NCBI GenBank assembly: GCA_032718475.1
Contig: JAUCBJ010006786.1
Span: 1-48,970, forward strand
DNA from: Nemertoderma westbladi
Lineage: Eukaryota; Animalia; Xenacoelomorpha
Direction of reading: 5' to 3'
Length of the DNA stretch: 48,970 bases
Each line of letters begins with the position of its first letter. Within the stretch, counting starts at the first letter, position 1. Shown one piece after another: positions 1 through 11,735 of this stretch. A model generated the notes under the pieces. It ran no database searches, was not told where the DNA came from, and saw only the letters and a list, made by a program, of their open reading frames with translations. A program made the position numbers and the translations under genes.

Positions 1-556
1 TGATATTCGATTCGTGAGATTAGGTAACAGTTATACTTTCGATAATTCAAGCAGTTTACGGTACAGCAGTATCTAGATAATTCAAGCAGTTTACGGTACA
101 GCAGTATCTATCCAAAAATGCCGGTGTTTCTGGCTTAGACAGCAATAACAACAAAGTATCAAGAAAAAACAGTAAGACTGAACACTCTCCTTATGATCGG
201 CAGAAAAGCTACACGTCGACAGGAAAAACCGCCCTGATTGGCCCAAGCCAAACAAAGAACCACGAGGCCAATGGCTGTTTCCATGTCAGCAACCAGCTGC
301 TAGATGTCGTAATATGAATCATCACGGCTAAACTGTGAAAGGTGGTTGATGCATTACAAGTTTTTTGTCTTACCATGTCCGCTAAAACACGTATATAGCA
401 GAATGATTTTTATGTCCGTTAAAACACCTGTAAAGGTACCTTGCGGGCGAGGGGAATATATATACAGTTAGAAAACCTTTTTTAGAGTATTCCAGCGCCT
501 GGGGGGAACTGGCCAGCATAGGCAAACGTATCAGTTATCCCACAAAAGCTTTTACA
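1..556 (-). mobile_element. LTR (5' part, cut by window edge) related to the BEL/Pao LTR at 2899
   Basis: Reverse complement from 556 reads TGTAAAAGCTTTTGTGGGATAACTGATACGTTTGCC.ATGCTGGCCAGTTCCCCCC, nearly identical to 2899 onward. Further similarity at 24-60 (cf. 3318-3354). Contains a ~35-bp tandem duplication (41-110). Confidence 0.85.
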
Positions 557-1022
557 ACAGCGGCAAAATCCCCTGGTCACCCCCCGTGATGGAGTCTTTG
601 CTTGATGCCTCCCAAACTGACAACAATCCATACGTGGTTGCATATGCTAAAATAGTCTAATGAATCAGTCTTTGTTAACAAAACCTAGAATTTAGAGGCT
701 TTCTTAACAAAGCCGTCCGTTATCAAAGTTGGAACCTCGGTGGAAGATAAACAGGCGGAGGAAAGTGTAAAGATATCGATGAAGTGTGAGGGGGGGTACA
801 TAAAAATATGATTAAAGTACGCTTGATGAGTACATACGTACTATCCAGTAGGGAGGGAGGACCTTACCAGGTCGACGACGGGGGACTCGATTGGAGCCTT
901 CGTTCGTGTGGCGCTGGACTTTGTATGTCTGGAAGGCGACGCAGGCCTTAGCCCAGCTCGTCGCCTGTTTGGCAAGGCCGTGCCAGACAAAACGCTCTGA
1001 GACGAGTTTCCGAAACTCTCCA

Positions 1023-1256
1023 TATTTTTACTCTCGATATTTTTACTCTCGATAGTTTTACTCTCGATATTTTTACTCTTGATATTTTTACTCTCGATAT
1101 TTTTACTCTCGATATTTTTGATCTGTGATATTTTTACTTCCGATATTTTTTAATCGGGATATTTATCAATACTCGATATTTTTACTCTCGATATTTTTAC
1201 TCTCGATATTTTTACTCTCGATATTTTTACTGCCGATATTTTTCAAGTCTCGATAT
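1023..1256. repeat. 15-bp minisatellite (ATATTTTTACTCTCG)n, ~15 copies
   Basis: Tandem copies read directly, more degenerate in the middle. Confidence 0.9.
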
Positions 1257-1878
1257 TAATCATCAATACCATGAACATTAATAAAAAAATTCGTAGAAAC
1301 TAGGCATAGGCCTACACCCCAGCCAAAGGGCATAGATGGGATGTTGTGACTTTACATTTATTAAGCGGAAATAGACTAGAGAGGATGAGGTATGTGCACT
1401 TGTGCAGTCACATCTCCCTCGAAACATCGCTCGAAGGATCTATTATATTCATTGTATTGTAATCGGCGTTCAATGTAGCAACTTATTGTAATTGGCCTTT
1501 GTAAAATATAGCTAATAATATTATCAATTGGCCTTTGTAAAATATACGATAGAAATTATGTAGTAATGGTGGGTTATAGGTTTCTTTGCGATAGAAAATG
1601 ATAAACCATATTGCCCAGCCCGCCCACCCAAAAGTGTTTCGTATTCGAATTTTACTCAGTGTGTATCTAGCATACTCACTCGGCGAAGTTAGTTTCGGGA
1701 CTAACTGGCCGAGGCGCAGGCCGCCAGATCTTGCTCGGGAGTGCCTCTGGCAAACATTCTGGGCGCGCTAACTCTGCCACCAGCTCTGCTAGCTAGTTCG
1801 GTAGCAGGCCGCCAGCCTTCACTCAAGGCCCACTACTTTGTGCCCTGTACAAAGTGGCTCTAAGGGGGAGTATACGTT

Positions 1879-2226
1879 GAGCATACACCAGGAGCATACA
1901 CCAGGGGCATACACCTGGAGCATACACCAGGAGCATACACCAGGGGCATACACCAGGTGCATACACCAGGAGCATACACCAGGTGCATACACCAGGAGCA
2001 TACACCAGGAGCATACACCAGGGGCATACACCAGGGGCATACACCAGGTGCATACACCAGGAGCATACACCAGGTGCATACACCAGGAGCATACACCAGG
2101 AGCATACACCAGGAGCATACACCAGGAGCATACACCAGGAGCATACACCAGGAGCATACACCAGGGGCATACACCAGGAGCATACACCAGGAGCATACAC
2201 CAGGAGCATACACCAGCAGCATACAC
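1879..2226 (+). repeat. Left TIR array, 13-bp unit GAGCATACACCAG (~27 copies)
   Basis: Tandem 13-mers, inverted relative to 26322-27414. Confidence 0.97.
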
Positions 2227-2676
2227 AGTGATATTAATATTAAAAATTATTATAGTGGAAATTATAATACTGGGAATTAGATCAACAAATCAATTTATTT
2301 GTTAAGTATAAGACGGTCGACCGACCCAGAAATAAAAAATGTAATTATTACGTGCTTATAAGCGAGGGGCCCAATAGGCCCCTTCTTCAGGTAATTTAAT
2401 TACACAGTAGGTTATATCCGTCTTATCATCAACATCAATATTTCGTATACTAAACAGTCAATCCAACTAAATACCTAATATATTAAATAACAAACATGTT
2501 ATTCAAATAACCATTTTCAAACTTTAAAAGGGAGACATTAAAAACTAAAAATTTTAAATACATTCAACAAATTATTGCTATAGTAGGCATATTTATTATA
2601 TTAAAATAGACCTTGTCAGACAACGAACGAGGTAGTTCAGTTTGAACCAATCTGAAAACCAAACCAACCAAACTGA

Positions 2677-2898
2677 TCAAACCAATCCGAAAGAACGGAT
2701 TTTATCTATTTGCTTGTTGTCTAAGTTGCGATACACTTTATTGGCAATATGCACGTCATCCAGACACAGTTTTGGAAACTTTAGTTTAAGACAACTCATT
2801 TGTAGATGAAACCAAACAGGTTCCTTGTAAACCGTAACTTTTACCAACTTAGATTCAGGGTCTGTAAATGATCTTCTACACCATGACTTGATGCAAAT
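2677..2898 (-). pseudogene. C-terminal end of the MULE transposase (separated by the LTR element)
   Basis: Removing 2899-18218 and one TSD joins ...SSPDD to ICIKSWCRRSFTDPESKLVKVTVYKEPVWFHLQMSCLKLKFPKLCLDDVHIANKVYRNLDNKQIDKIRSFGLV* in frame; stop at 2677-2679. Confidence 0.85.
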
Positions 2899-4128
2899 TG
2901 TAAAAGCTTTTGTGGGATAACTGATACGTTTGCCTTTGCTGGCCAGTTCCCCCCCAGTCGCTAGAATACTCTCAAAGGGATTTATAACTAAAATAGTGCA
3001 AGCTACCAGCTTATTGGCTGATGTGCTGTACGGAGATATCTGGGCTCAGTTTAATCGGCCAACTAGCTTAGAGAGGTTGCCTTAGCCTTGCTGTTCGTGT
3101 CAGCCAATAGAATTTGCGTAGGCGTTGATTTCGACCTATCCCAGCGCTACTGAACTGAATTTCCTATCTCACTGCTCATCCTCTGTGTTGAACGGGGCTT
3201 CGTGGAATAAGAGTTTTTGGTATACTCGTATAGTAGTAGTAGTCATATGATTTTATATGATTCTGTTGTTGTGTTCCCATTTTCGCCATAACACCGGCTT
3301 TTGGGAAGAACTCTAGTAAAACTGCTTAAATTATCGAAAGTATAAACTGTTACCTCACTAACTAACTTAAATCACCTAATTAATCAATCGAATCGAAAGA
3401 ACTCACTAACTCACTTAATTTAACTGCATTAATCATATTGTTTGTACTGTTATTTACCGTCAGTTATTAATTGTACCTATTTGTTGATGGAAATATTGCT
3501 CTTTGGATAATACGGATAAATCACCCAAATTTCCCAATTTTCTTGATACACTACAGGTTAGAGAGACCGGCTATACATAACAATTGCGATTTATATTAAT
3601 GTGGTGTGTATTGAATCTAATGTTATTTAGCAGACACTACATGAGTCAATTACTGCTCTCTTTATGTGTGATCAAATATACTGACGGTCGGCAGAATAGT
3701 GTGTATGATTGTGATTGGTAACAAAGTATTTCCTAAAGAATACGCTTTATACTTTAATCATAAGCGGTATCGTTGCGTTTTGGTATAAGTCTTAGTTCTG
3801 TTTAAATAGATAGAGCGCCACGCCCTAAAGGAACTGTTAATATTTCCCGAAAACCAATAATATCTGTCAGAGATTAATTATTAACGATCTATCGAATAAT
3901 ACAGTAAGTTTACACTGCAACCTTATACTGCAATAATAAAATTTAAGCATCCGAATTCAGCCTCCCGGGTGTAGATCCATCGGGTGAATGATCGCGCATG
4001 GGCTGACTTCGGCTAATGTTTTGTGTATTAGCATAAATTGTTGTCGTATGCTAAAGGTGTTTTAATTAACTAAAAGACATATAAATTTTGGCAGGTTAAA
4101 CTGCTAAAGGTCTTCAAAAGCGCGAACA
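2899..4128 (+). repeat. 5' LTR (1230 bp)
   Basis: TGTAAAAGC...GCGCGAACA; near-identical to 16989-18218 (two substitutions noticed). TATAAA at 3341, AATAAA at 3935. Confidence 0.95.
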
Positions 4129-4429
4129 GTAACAGTTTATAATCTTATTGCAGTAGGCAATAAGGTTGCAAAATACCGTAGTGACTGGTAAAACTGAACC
4201 GGTACTTCTGTAGGTCAGTAGGCCTAACTGTCATCACCGGTACCGGTACTGCTGTACAAGTACATTTAGTATTATTCGATTTTGATTATTGTATACTGGT
4301 AGGTCTTAGTACTTAATCAGGGACTGCAGCCCTGAATTTTTATTGAGATTTTACCTATTTCTGTCGGTTTTATTTCCTAGTAGGCTAATATTGAGCAGAA
4401 GGCGTGTGACCCTGCTCAGATTGTTCAGA

Positions 4430-4990
4430 TAATTGTAGGCTGAGCTGCTGTCTGACTGTTGTTGAGTTTGGAGAGATTACGGCGTGTGTAGAGTTTGTCT
4501 GATAAAGTGCCGTTAGTAAGTTGGGGCAGCCATATGCGGTAAGGTCAATCCCCTCTTAAAGAATAAGTCGTACTACCGTGTTAGAACGCATACTAACTAA
4601 CAGTTTCAGAGTCTGCATATACTGTAGTTTATTTAGGCTTGATCGTAGTCTGCCAGTGTTTTAGCCTGTGTTTGTTTGTGTGGTCTGTTCAGGTACCGTA
4701 ATAGTTATTACTCAAATATTTGTAGGCTGGATTGTTGTCTAGCTATTTTTAGGTCTGAAGGGATTGCTGCGTGTGTAGAGTTGGTCTGATAAAGTGCCGT
4801 TAGTAAGTTGGGGCAGCCATAAGCTGTAAGGTCAATCCCCTCTTAAAGAGTAAGTCGTACTACCGTATTAGAACGCATACTAACTAACAGTTTCAGAATC
4901 TGCACATACTGTAGTTTGTTTAGGCTTGATAGTAGTTTGCCAGCGTTTGGTTTGTATTTGTTTGAGTATTCTGTACGGGTAGCGTAATAT
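4430..4990 (+). repeat. ~287-bp tandem duplication in the long 5' leader of the BEL element
   Basis: GATAAAGTGCCGTTAGTAAGTTGGGGCAGCCATA... at 4501 and 4788. Confidence 0.85.
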
Positions 4991-6308
4991 TTATTATTCA
5001 GAGTTTATGCGATTATTCGCAACATTCATGTCCCCAAGTTTATTCCTACAGTAATTGTGCTTGTTATACATACCGTTATAGTTAAACTAACCCCGGTACT
5101 ACATCAGGGCTGCTCGGCGTAGGTAAAGACTGGAGATTTTGTGCTTCGGTCACTCCAGCAGATGCCGTGGTTCTTTTAACTGTTCAAGTATATTTAACTA
5201 CTGATTATTTGTTATACCGGTACTTGTACCTAATTTAGGGTTTAGTGTACAGTGCTTTCCGAAGTAATTAGTGTAGGCAGTATATTTGTGTTGTAAAGTG
5301 GTTGATAGGCACATTCGTTAGCTCTATTAGCTTCTGGGTAGGAACAATCCGTGATACATAACGTAGTACCTATAGCGATACGGTTATAGGTCGTCAGGCG
5401 GTGGTATTTTCCTATCTGGACAGTACAATATATTTACTACTTATTATTTCAAATACCGTAGTACCCTGTCCGTTGTAATAACCAGAATTCTAACCCTTTG
5501 TTAGGCTGGTTTGTAGACTTCCTGTAAAATTACCCTAAAAATTTCGTACGTAATATTTTGTTGTGTTTAATTAGAGAATTAATCTCATCAGTATCGTAAG
5601 TAATTTGTAGTATTAAGTAACTTAGGTAAATTAGAATTATCAGTTTTAGTGTCAAATAAATAGCACTTCACTGAGAGGCGTTCAGCTTCTGTGTAGTGAC
5701 TCCCCCAGAAATAATAACATTTATTTCAAATATTGACAAAAACCCATATAAACGGGTATATAAATATTATAAATCAAATCAAACGATTTATAAATAGTAG
5801 GCTTGTCATACAACAACTAGGTCTCACTACCAGTTGGACTACTACTTAAACAACGGTAATAAAGTAAGTTAAAGTAGCTAAGTAACCTTAAAATATTCAG
5901 GAATTCAATTATTCTAAAAATAATTGACATACCGGTACTCACTATAGGCTTATTATATTTATCTCTATAAATTTGAGCTGAAATCATACCGGTACTCTGT
6001 AATTAATTCTAGTTCATAATTATACTTATATACTATAAGTGTAAGCTGTATACCGGTATTCACTATAGGCCTACTATATATATGTATATATTTGTGCTAA
6101 ATTATATACCGGTACTCTGTGACAAATCTAGTCTGTAATAATACTTATATATATTATAAGCATACCGGTATTCTAATATATTGTATATATATCACGTTAC
6201 CCTGAGTAACGGTACCGGTAATAAATCGCTAGGCTTGCGGTCATACTGAATTACTAGACTTGCTTTAACTGAAAATATAGTAGTAGACATTCAACTGTAT
6301 AACTAAAC

Positions 6309-9300
6309 ATGTCTGACACTCAGCAAAACCTGTCAGACAGTCTGATCGATACAACTATTTGTGATTCAGATAGGAGTGTGGAGCGAATAAGAAAGGAGTT
6401 CGGCTCACCTCCTACTGTAAAAAAGGTCATCCCTCCAGTAGTATCAGACCCTAGGCTAGTCCACCATAGGTCCATCATAGGCACTCGGGCACAGGTAAAA
6501 CGGGACCAAGAGGCAGTTGTCCTATCGCAGCAACATCTTGGTCAAGAACCTACTTCCCAGCGACCCGATAGCTCCAGCAGTTCGGATACTGTAGAGTTGA
6601 CTCCCGAACATGGAGTGCAGATGGCTGATACAGTCTACTCGGACCCCCTTCTTACTCTTCCTGCTGCAGTGCTAACTACTATATTCATTGCGGTGGAGGA
6701 ACATCAAGCCGACTGGGCGAAGAATAAGCGAGCGACCCAAGATAATTACGCGGGATACGCCAGGGAAGAATTGATATCTATTGTTGAATCACAATGGAAC
6801 TTTCCCGGACTCGGACTTCCATTGGATCTGTCCGAGGCTACTTGGGAAGATATACACAGGATGGGAGTGGCTAAAGATACAATGGATCCAGCTGTTTGGA
6901 AGAGGTCGGCAGCAGGATATGTGCAGGGATTCTTCGGATCCTTGGATCGATTGGAAGAACAACTGTTTCGACAACCTCACGGACCTCAAGAGCAGGAAGA
7001 GTTACTATATCAAATACGCGAAAGAACCCTACGCATACGACTAATCCTCTCAGCCTTTGAGGAAACTTCCAAAAGAAGACAAGACACGTCGCTGCAGGTT
7101 GCTGTCAAAACTTGGTTACATCGGGTAGATCTCAAAGTCCAGGAAACGGCCCAGTGGAAATCCCAGCTGGCTGAGAGATCAACCTATGAAGAACCAACTG
7201 ATGTCACCCTTTCTCAAGCGAAAAGCGAAGAGGCCGCCGAGGAACCGCGAACTAGAGACGCTATCGACATTTATTTGTCCGACTATCAGCGATTCCTAGG
7301 AGACGAAGAGTTGAGGAGACGGCTGTCTGGACTTTCCCCTAATAGTGAAGGAACCAAGCTTGTGTTGGACTCAATCGATGCCGAAATGTTAGCTGCAAAC
7401 CAAGCTGAATGTGATGAAAAACTCCGCCTCACTAGAGTCCGAGAAGAACAAATAAAGAAAAGAAGGATAGAGGAACAAAAGGCGGCGGCTATGGCAGATG
7501 CAGAAGCAGAAAGAAAAGCAGCAAAGGCGGCGGCTATAGCAGATGCAGAAGCAGAAAGAAAAGCAGCAAAGGCGGTGGCTATGGCAGATGCAGAAGCAGA
7601 AAGAAAGGCAGCAAAGGCAGTGGCAGAAGCAGAAAGGAGAGCATCTGAGCAGACTACCCAACTGGAGTTGGAAAATCTGCAAGAGACACAAGACAGTATA
7701 AATAAACAGTTTACTGCTAATCAAATGCAGATGATGAGAAAATCTACTCCCAAGCGCCAGGGATACACATCCTCGGAGGAAGGCGATACTACCGATCCTG
7801 AAGGCGGAGGAAATAGATCTCATCTAAGTAGGCGTAGAAAAACATATTACCGTCGCAAATTGCCTGATTTGCCCCCAGCTGTTAAAAGACAGCTAACTAG
7901 CACAGACTTAGGTAGTGCAGAACCCATAGAACAATTTATCCAGGTCAAAAGACTCCCTACTATAGTCGATGAACCTGAAATAATTAGGCCTGTTGTTCCC
8001 AAAGTCACTTCTGTGCTAGAGACCCCTACACTTCCAGAGCTTAACTCTAAATTCCCTTTACATAGTACTACACTGCCTGTACCCGGTGGAACAGTCCATG
8101 CAAATACCCCTGTCCAGATAGCAGAGAGAGAAATCAATAATTTGTCTCCCGTCGTCCCGCGTCAGCCCGCTACTATGTTGGCGACTCCCGCTTCGGCGGT
8201 TGAGTGGGTGGAAGAGGGACGGCGGGGGATGAATCTCCTGCTAGGACAGATGCAGGAGACTGTCCACCAACTTAAGGGAACAGTGAGGGAAGGTAGAGCA
8301 GAGTTGCAAGAAGTGCAGCAAAGTATCGCGCTAGAACGCGACAAATTAGTCAATATACAAAAAGGCATACCAATACCCCCTGTAACATTGTGTCAACCCG
8401 TTAGGTCTGAAGTATTACATGCGCAAGGTGTGGAGCCTACACGCATCTATACTGCTAGTGAAGTTGAAACTCCTATAGCAAACCCTATTAAGGGTGATTA
8501 TAGACCTGTTATTAATGATATTCCCTATAGACCTGATAATGATCCGAGAAATTTGTATACCGATAATTCGATATTAAATAACACGATGGCCCAAGAAAGC
8601 TTTACGCGTCAGATGGCTAGAACAGAAGCCCGCCAAGCGGTCAAAGTGGGAGAGATCGTCAAATTCAATGGAGATGAGATGAAATGGTTACCTTTCAACG
8701 AATATTACAAAGATAGCATACAGAACTCTGTACTATCTAACGGAGAGAAACTTAGATTCCTCATCAAGTGCTTGGAAGGACCTCCCAAGTTAATGGCGTT
8801 AAAGTTTATTGGACATCCAGATGGATTAAGACAAGTTTGGGATACATTAAACATCAGGTATGGTAACAAGGATAACATAGCTAAGTATTTGTATGCAAAA
8901 TTAGTAGCCCCCCGACACTTCCTTAGTAGTGGGATTATAGAGTTTTCCGATGAAATTCAAGAGATCTGTAGACAACTGGACTGGTTAGGTAAGTCGCACG
9001 AATACCAGAGTTCCATGGTTATTGGAGCCGTAGTCTCTACTTTACCAAAGGGTGGAGTATGTACACGCTGGGACAAGAAAGTGTTGTACATGAATGAACA
9101 ACAACGACGAAGTCCTACCATGGCTGATCTCATGTCTTTCTTAGATGGTGAAGTCAAACTACAACTCATCAAGCAGTCCAGAGAGAAAACATCGGAAAAT
9201 AAGGTAAGTGAGAAACCCACTTCTAGGAGAAGAGTAACACCGGTGTGTTACACTGACGACGGCGAAAGCCAAGCTTCCCAAGAAGAGGACAGCGGGAAAG

Positions 9301-10928
9301 ATACAGATCGATCGTATTATGTTGACAAAACCTCCAAGGACGTAAGTAAATACAAAGCTCGAACCAATAATAGGAGAGAACAAGTTACTAAGACCCCTCC
9401 TCAGTCTCCTAGCAGAATGCGCGGAAGAAAGCCCGAAGAAAGAATGAGAGTGCATCAGACTACCCAAGGTAAAGTAAGTAATATAAAACCTAACTGTGCG
9501 CTGTGCGACGGGACCCACCGTTTGAGTGCGTGTGCGGAATTTCTAAAGAAATCACTTATAGACAGACGTACCGTTGTGTGGGACAAGCGGTTATGCTATA
9601 ATTGCCTCAGACCAGGACACCAACGGCGAACCTGTTACTCCGACATAAAGTGTGAAAAGTGTGGTGCGAAACATCACATCTTGTTACATAGTGAGTTCGA
9701 ACGAGACAAGCCGAGTCAGGTAAGTGAGTCCGAACTACATGTCCAATTCAGTGATGTAAACGACACTGATCAGGAGTCTGAGATGGAAGGATTCTATACT
9801 GACGAATTCTCCGACGCCAATGAATCCTGTTATCTAATAAACACCACGGTGTATCGAGCACTTACTTACGAAAAGGACATCAACGAGGAGTTTCCCCCTA
9901 CTACTTTTACCAAACAATCATCTTGGAAAGCTCCAACTTCCAACGTAGGAATCAGAGAATTTCCTGTAGTTCAGGTAAGAGTTCACGGTATTAACAAAAG
10001 CTACATAGTGAACGCCCTACTTGACTCAGGCAGCACAGGAACCTTCATCGATCAAGAACTAGCCGAAGATATCTTTGCTGGACAACCCAAGTTCCGGACT
10101 AAATTGAATATGTCAGGAATTATGCAGGTTTTGAAATCTACCCTGATGGCAGATTACTATGTAGGTGTGTTGTCCACCCCCCAGGATAAGTTAGGAACAC
10201 AAGGTGTAAGGTCAGTAAAAATGGTGGCTATAAAGAACTTCGCTACTACCCAAGCAGACCTTTATAATTGGGATGAGGATGAGAGCATCCAACATCTTAA
10301 GATACCTCGATTCCAGACAGATTATCCTGGAGTGCAAATACTCATCGGCCAAAACGCGCACGAGGCGCTCGAAACATTAGAGAAACGGCCTGCTCAACCA
10401 CAGCCATTACAAACTTATGCGGTAAGAACTAGAGTAGGTTGGTACTTCACTGGCCCTTCCCGTAGAACTCTCAAAGAGAGATTACCTCAACAACAGGTAT
10501 ACCAAGTAAAGGAATGGGAAGTGGAGAGCAGTGATGTGGACGATCCAACTGAGGGAACACCATACTCCTCAGATAATGACGATATTAACTCCAATGTAGA
10601 TCAATGGAGACATTGCCTTGGGACGATTAATCCAGCCGACATCGCTTCCAGAGGAGCAACTCCTCAAGAACTGATAGATACTCCAGGCTGGTTAGGTGGA
10701 TCCGACTCCTTAAGTAAAGAAGAAGAAGAATGGCCTCCTCATCTTACCACGGCAGAAATTAGACAGGCCAAGGGAGCGGAGAAAGTAACACCACAACTCA
10801 ATCGCCCAGCTAGTCGTTTATGTTTACTGGAAAGAGACCGAAAACTGTCCGAAAACTATGGAAGGCAAGATACTCTTCCTACGACTACTTCCCTAATCCG
10901 ACAAATATCTAGGGACTCCATAACGTGA
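6309..10928 (+). CDS. BEL/Pao Gag-protease polyprotein with RT, most of RNase H and the integrase core deleted
   Basis: Pao capsid-like motif KFNGDEMKWLPF...EKLRFLIKCLEG; knuckles CALC..H..C, CYNC..GH...C, CEKC...HH.LLH; protease ALLDSGS...ILIGQ; RNase H tail WRHC...NPADIASRG...W..G..L....WP; integrase C-terminal RPASRLCLL. No YxDD and no DDE core. Confidence 0.92.
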   Translation: MSDTQQNLSDSLIDTTICDSDRSVERIRKEFGSPPTVKKVIPPVVSDPRLVHHRSIIGTRAQVKRDQEAVVLSQQHLGQEPTSQRPDSSSSSDTVELTPEHGVQMADTVYSDPLLTLPAAVLTTIFIAVEEHQADWAKNKRATQDNYAGYAREELISIVESQWNFPGLGLPLDLSEATWEDIHRMGVAKDTMDPAVWKRSAAGYVQGFFGSLDRLEEQLFRQPHGPQEQEELLYQIRERTLRIRLILSAFEETSKRRQDTSLQVAVKTWLHRVDLKVQETAQWKSQLAERSTYEEPTDVTLSQAKSEEAAEEPRTRDAIDIYLSDYQRFLGDEELRRRLSGLSPNSEGTKLVLDSIDAEMLAANQAECDEKLRLTRVREEQIKKRRIEEQKAAAMADAEAERKAAKAAAIADAEAERKAAKAVAMADAEAERKAAKAVAEAERRASEQTTQLELENLQETQDSINKQFTANQMQMMRKSTPKRQGYTSSEEGDTTDPEGGGNRSHLSRRRKTYYRRKLPDLPPAVKRQLTSTDLGSAEPIEQFIQVKRLPTIVDEPEIIRPVVPKVTSVLETPTLPELNSKFPLHSTTLPVPGGTVHANTPVQIAEREINNLSPVVPRQPATMLATPASAVEWVEEGRRGMNLLLGQMQETVHQLKGTVREGRAELQEVQQSIALERDKLVNIQKGIPIPPVTLCQPVRSEVLHAQGVEPTRIYTASEVETPIANPIKGDYRPVINDIPYRPDNDPRNLYTDNSILNNTMAQESFTRQMARTEARQAVKVGEIVKFNGDEMKWLPFNEYYKDSIQNSVLSNGEKLRFLIKCLEGPPKLMALKFIGHPDGLRQVWDTLNIRYGNKDNIAKYLYAKLVAPRHFLSSGIIEFSDEIQEICRQLDWLGKSHEYQSSMVIGAVVSTLPKGGVCTRWDKKVLYMNEQQRRSPTMADLMSFLDGEVKLQLIKQSREKTSENKVSEKPTSRRRVTPVCYTDDGESQASQEEDSGKDTDRSYYVDKTSKDVSKYKARTNNRREQVTKTPPQSPSRMRGRKPEERMRVHQTTQGKVSNIKPNCALCDGTHRLSACAEFLKKSLIDRRTVVWDKRLCYNCLRPGHQRRTCYSDIKCEKCGAKHHILLHSEFERDKPSQVSESELHVQFSDVNDTDQESEMEGFYTDEFSDANESCYLINTTVYRALTYEKDINEEFPPTTFTKQSSWKAPTSNVGIREFPVVQVRVHGINKSYIVNALLDSGSTGTFIDQELAEDIFAGQPKFRTKLNMSGIMQVLKSTLMADYYVGVLSTPQDKLGTQGVRSVKMVAIKNFATTQADLYNWDEDESIQHLKIPRFQTDYPGVQILIGQNAHEALETLEKRPAQPQPLQTYAVRTRVGWYFTGPSRRTLKERLPQQQVYQVKEWEVESSDVDDPTEGTPYSSDNDDINSNVDQWRHCLGTINPADIASRGATPQELIDTPGWLGGSDSLSKEEEEWPPHLTTAEIRQAKGAEKVTPQLNRPASRLCLLERDRKLSENYGRQDTLPTTTSLIRQISRDSIT
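7482..7640 (+). repeat. 45-bp coding repeat (AAAMADAEAERKAAK) in the Gag N-terminal region
   Basis: Three full copies and one partial copy; charged Ala-rich helical sequence. Confidence 0.85.
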
Positions 10929-11476
10929 TAGCATGTGGAGTGGGCGTGTGACTATATCATTTTATATTTGTTTTTATTTTATATTTATGTATGTATTATT
11001 ATGTAATTTTATTATAATCGTTTTATTTAATTTTATTTAGTAGAATGTTATTTTTAGTGATTATTTAGTAGATTAGTGCAATATATTAGTGTTTATTACG
11101 TACATAATTACTTATAATATATATTTAGTGCGACGGCAAGAAGTAATTATTTTCTCTTTCCTTACTGTCCGTATTATATTATAAATGCGAGACTATAGTA
11201 AGATGACATGTCAGTACTTCTTAAAGTACAATAAAGCCACTACTATATTTAAGTATTATTGGTAGGCAGAGTATTAGGAATGCAAAGTTCAGATCCTCGT
11301 GTCTCGGCTAAACCAAGCTCTGGGTAGACCTTGGAAACGACTTGCCTCTTCACACTGACATTGCTTCGTGCGATATTGCTCTTCTATCTTATAACAAATA
11401 ATACATATAGTAGCGTGATGTCCCTCTAACAGTAGCGTCAATCGCAAATAAATCTGTTAAACTTTTGACCATCTGT

Positions 11477-11735
11477 AATTCTAGTCGATTAAGATATCGT
11501 GGCACCCACCGATATACTTGAAAGACAAATTCTAGAATCAGTGGTTAACGTCCCCAGACAAGTTCTGGAATAAATCGGTGCCCATCCTAAATATTAATTT
11601 AATATTTGTTAAAATCTGTAAAATCCCGATCCTTTAAAAATTCTAGTCGATTAAGATATCGTAGCACTTACCGATACTCTTAAAAGACAAATTTCATAGA
11701 ATTAAGGATCCTATGTCCCCAGACCTGCTCTGGAA
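11477..11735 (+). repeat. ~95-bp direct repeat (162-bp spacing) between Gag-PR and the extra ORF
   Basis: AATTCTAGTCGATTAAGATATCGT...GTCCCCAGAC...CTGGAAT at about 11477 and 11639. Confidence 0.8.

Noticed and set aside
1819-2305. ORFs in multiple frames (HTPGAYTRSIHQE / VYAPGVCSWCMLL), likewise at 26087-27564
   Set aside because: Artefacts of a stop-free 13-bp repeat forming the MULE TIRs.
2826-2898. LTR starting at TGTAAA 2826 or at the repeat start 2832
   Set aside because: No matching TSD; the segment encodes MULE transposase, and the CAAAT TSD fixes the start at 2899.
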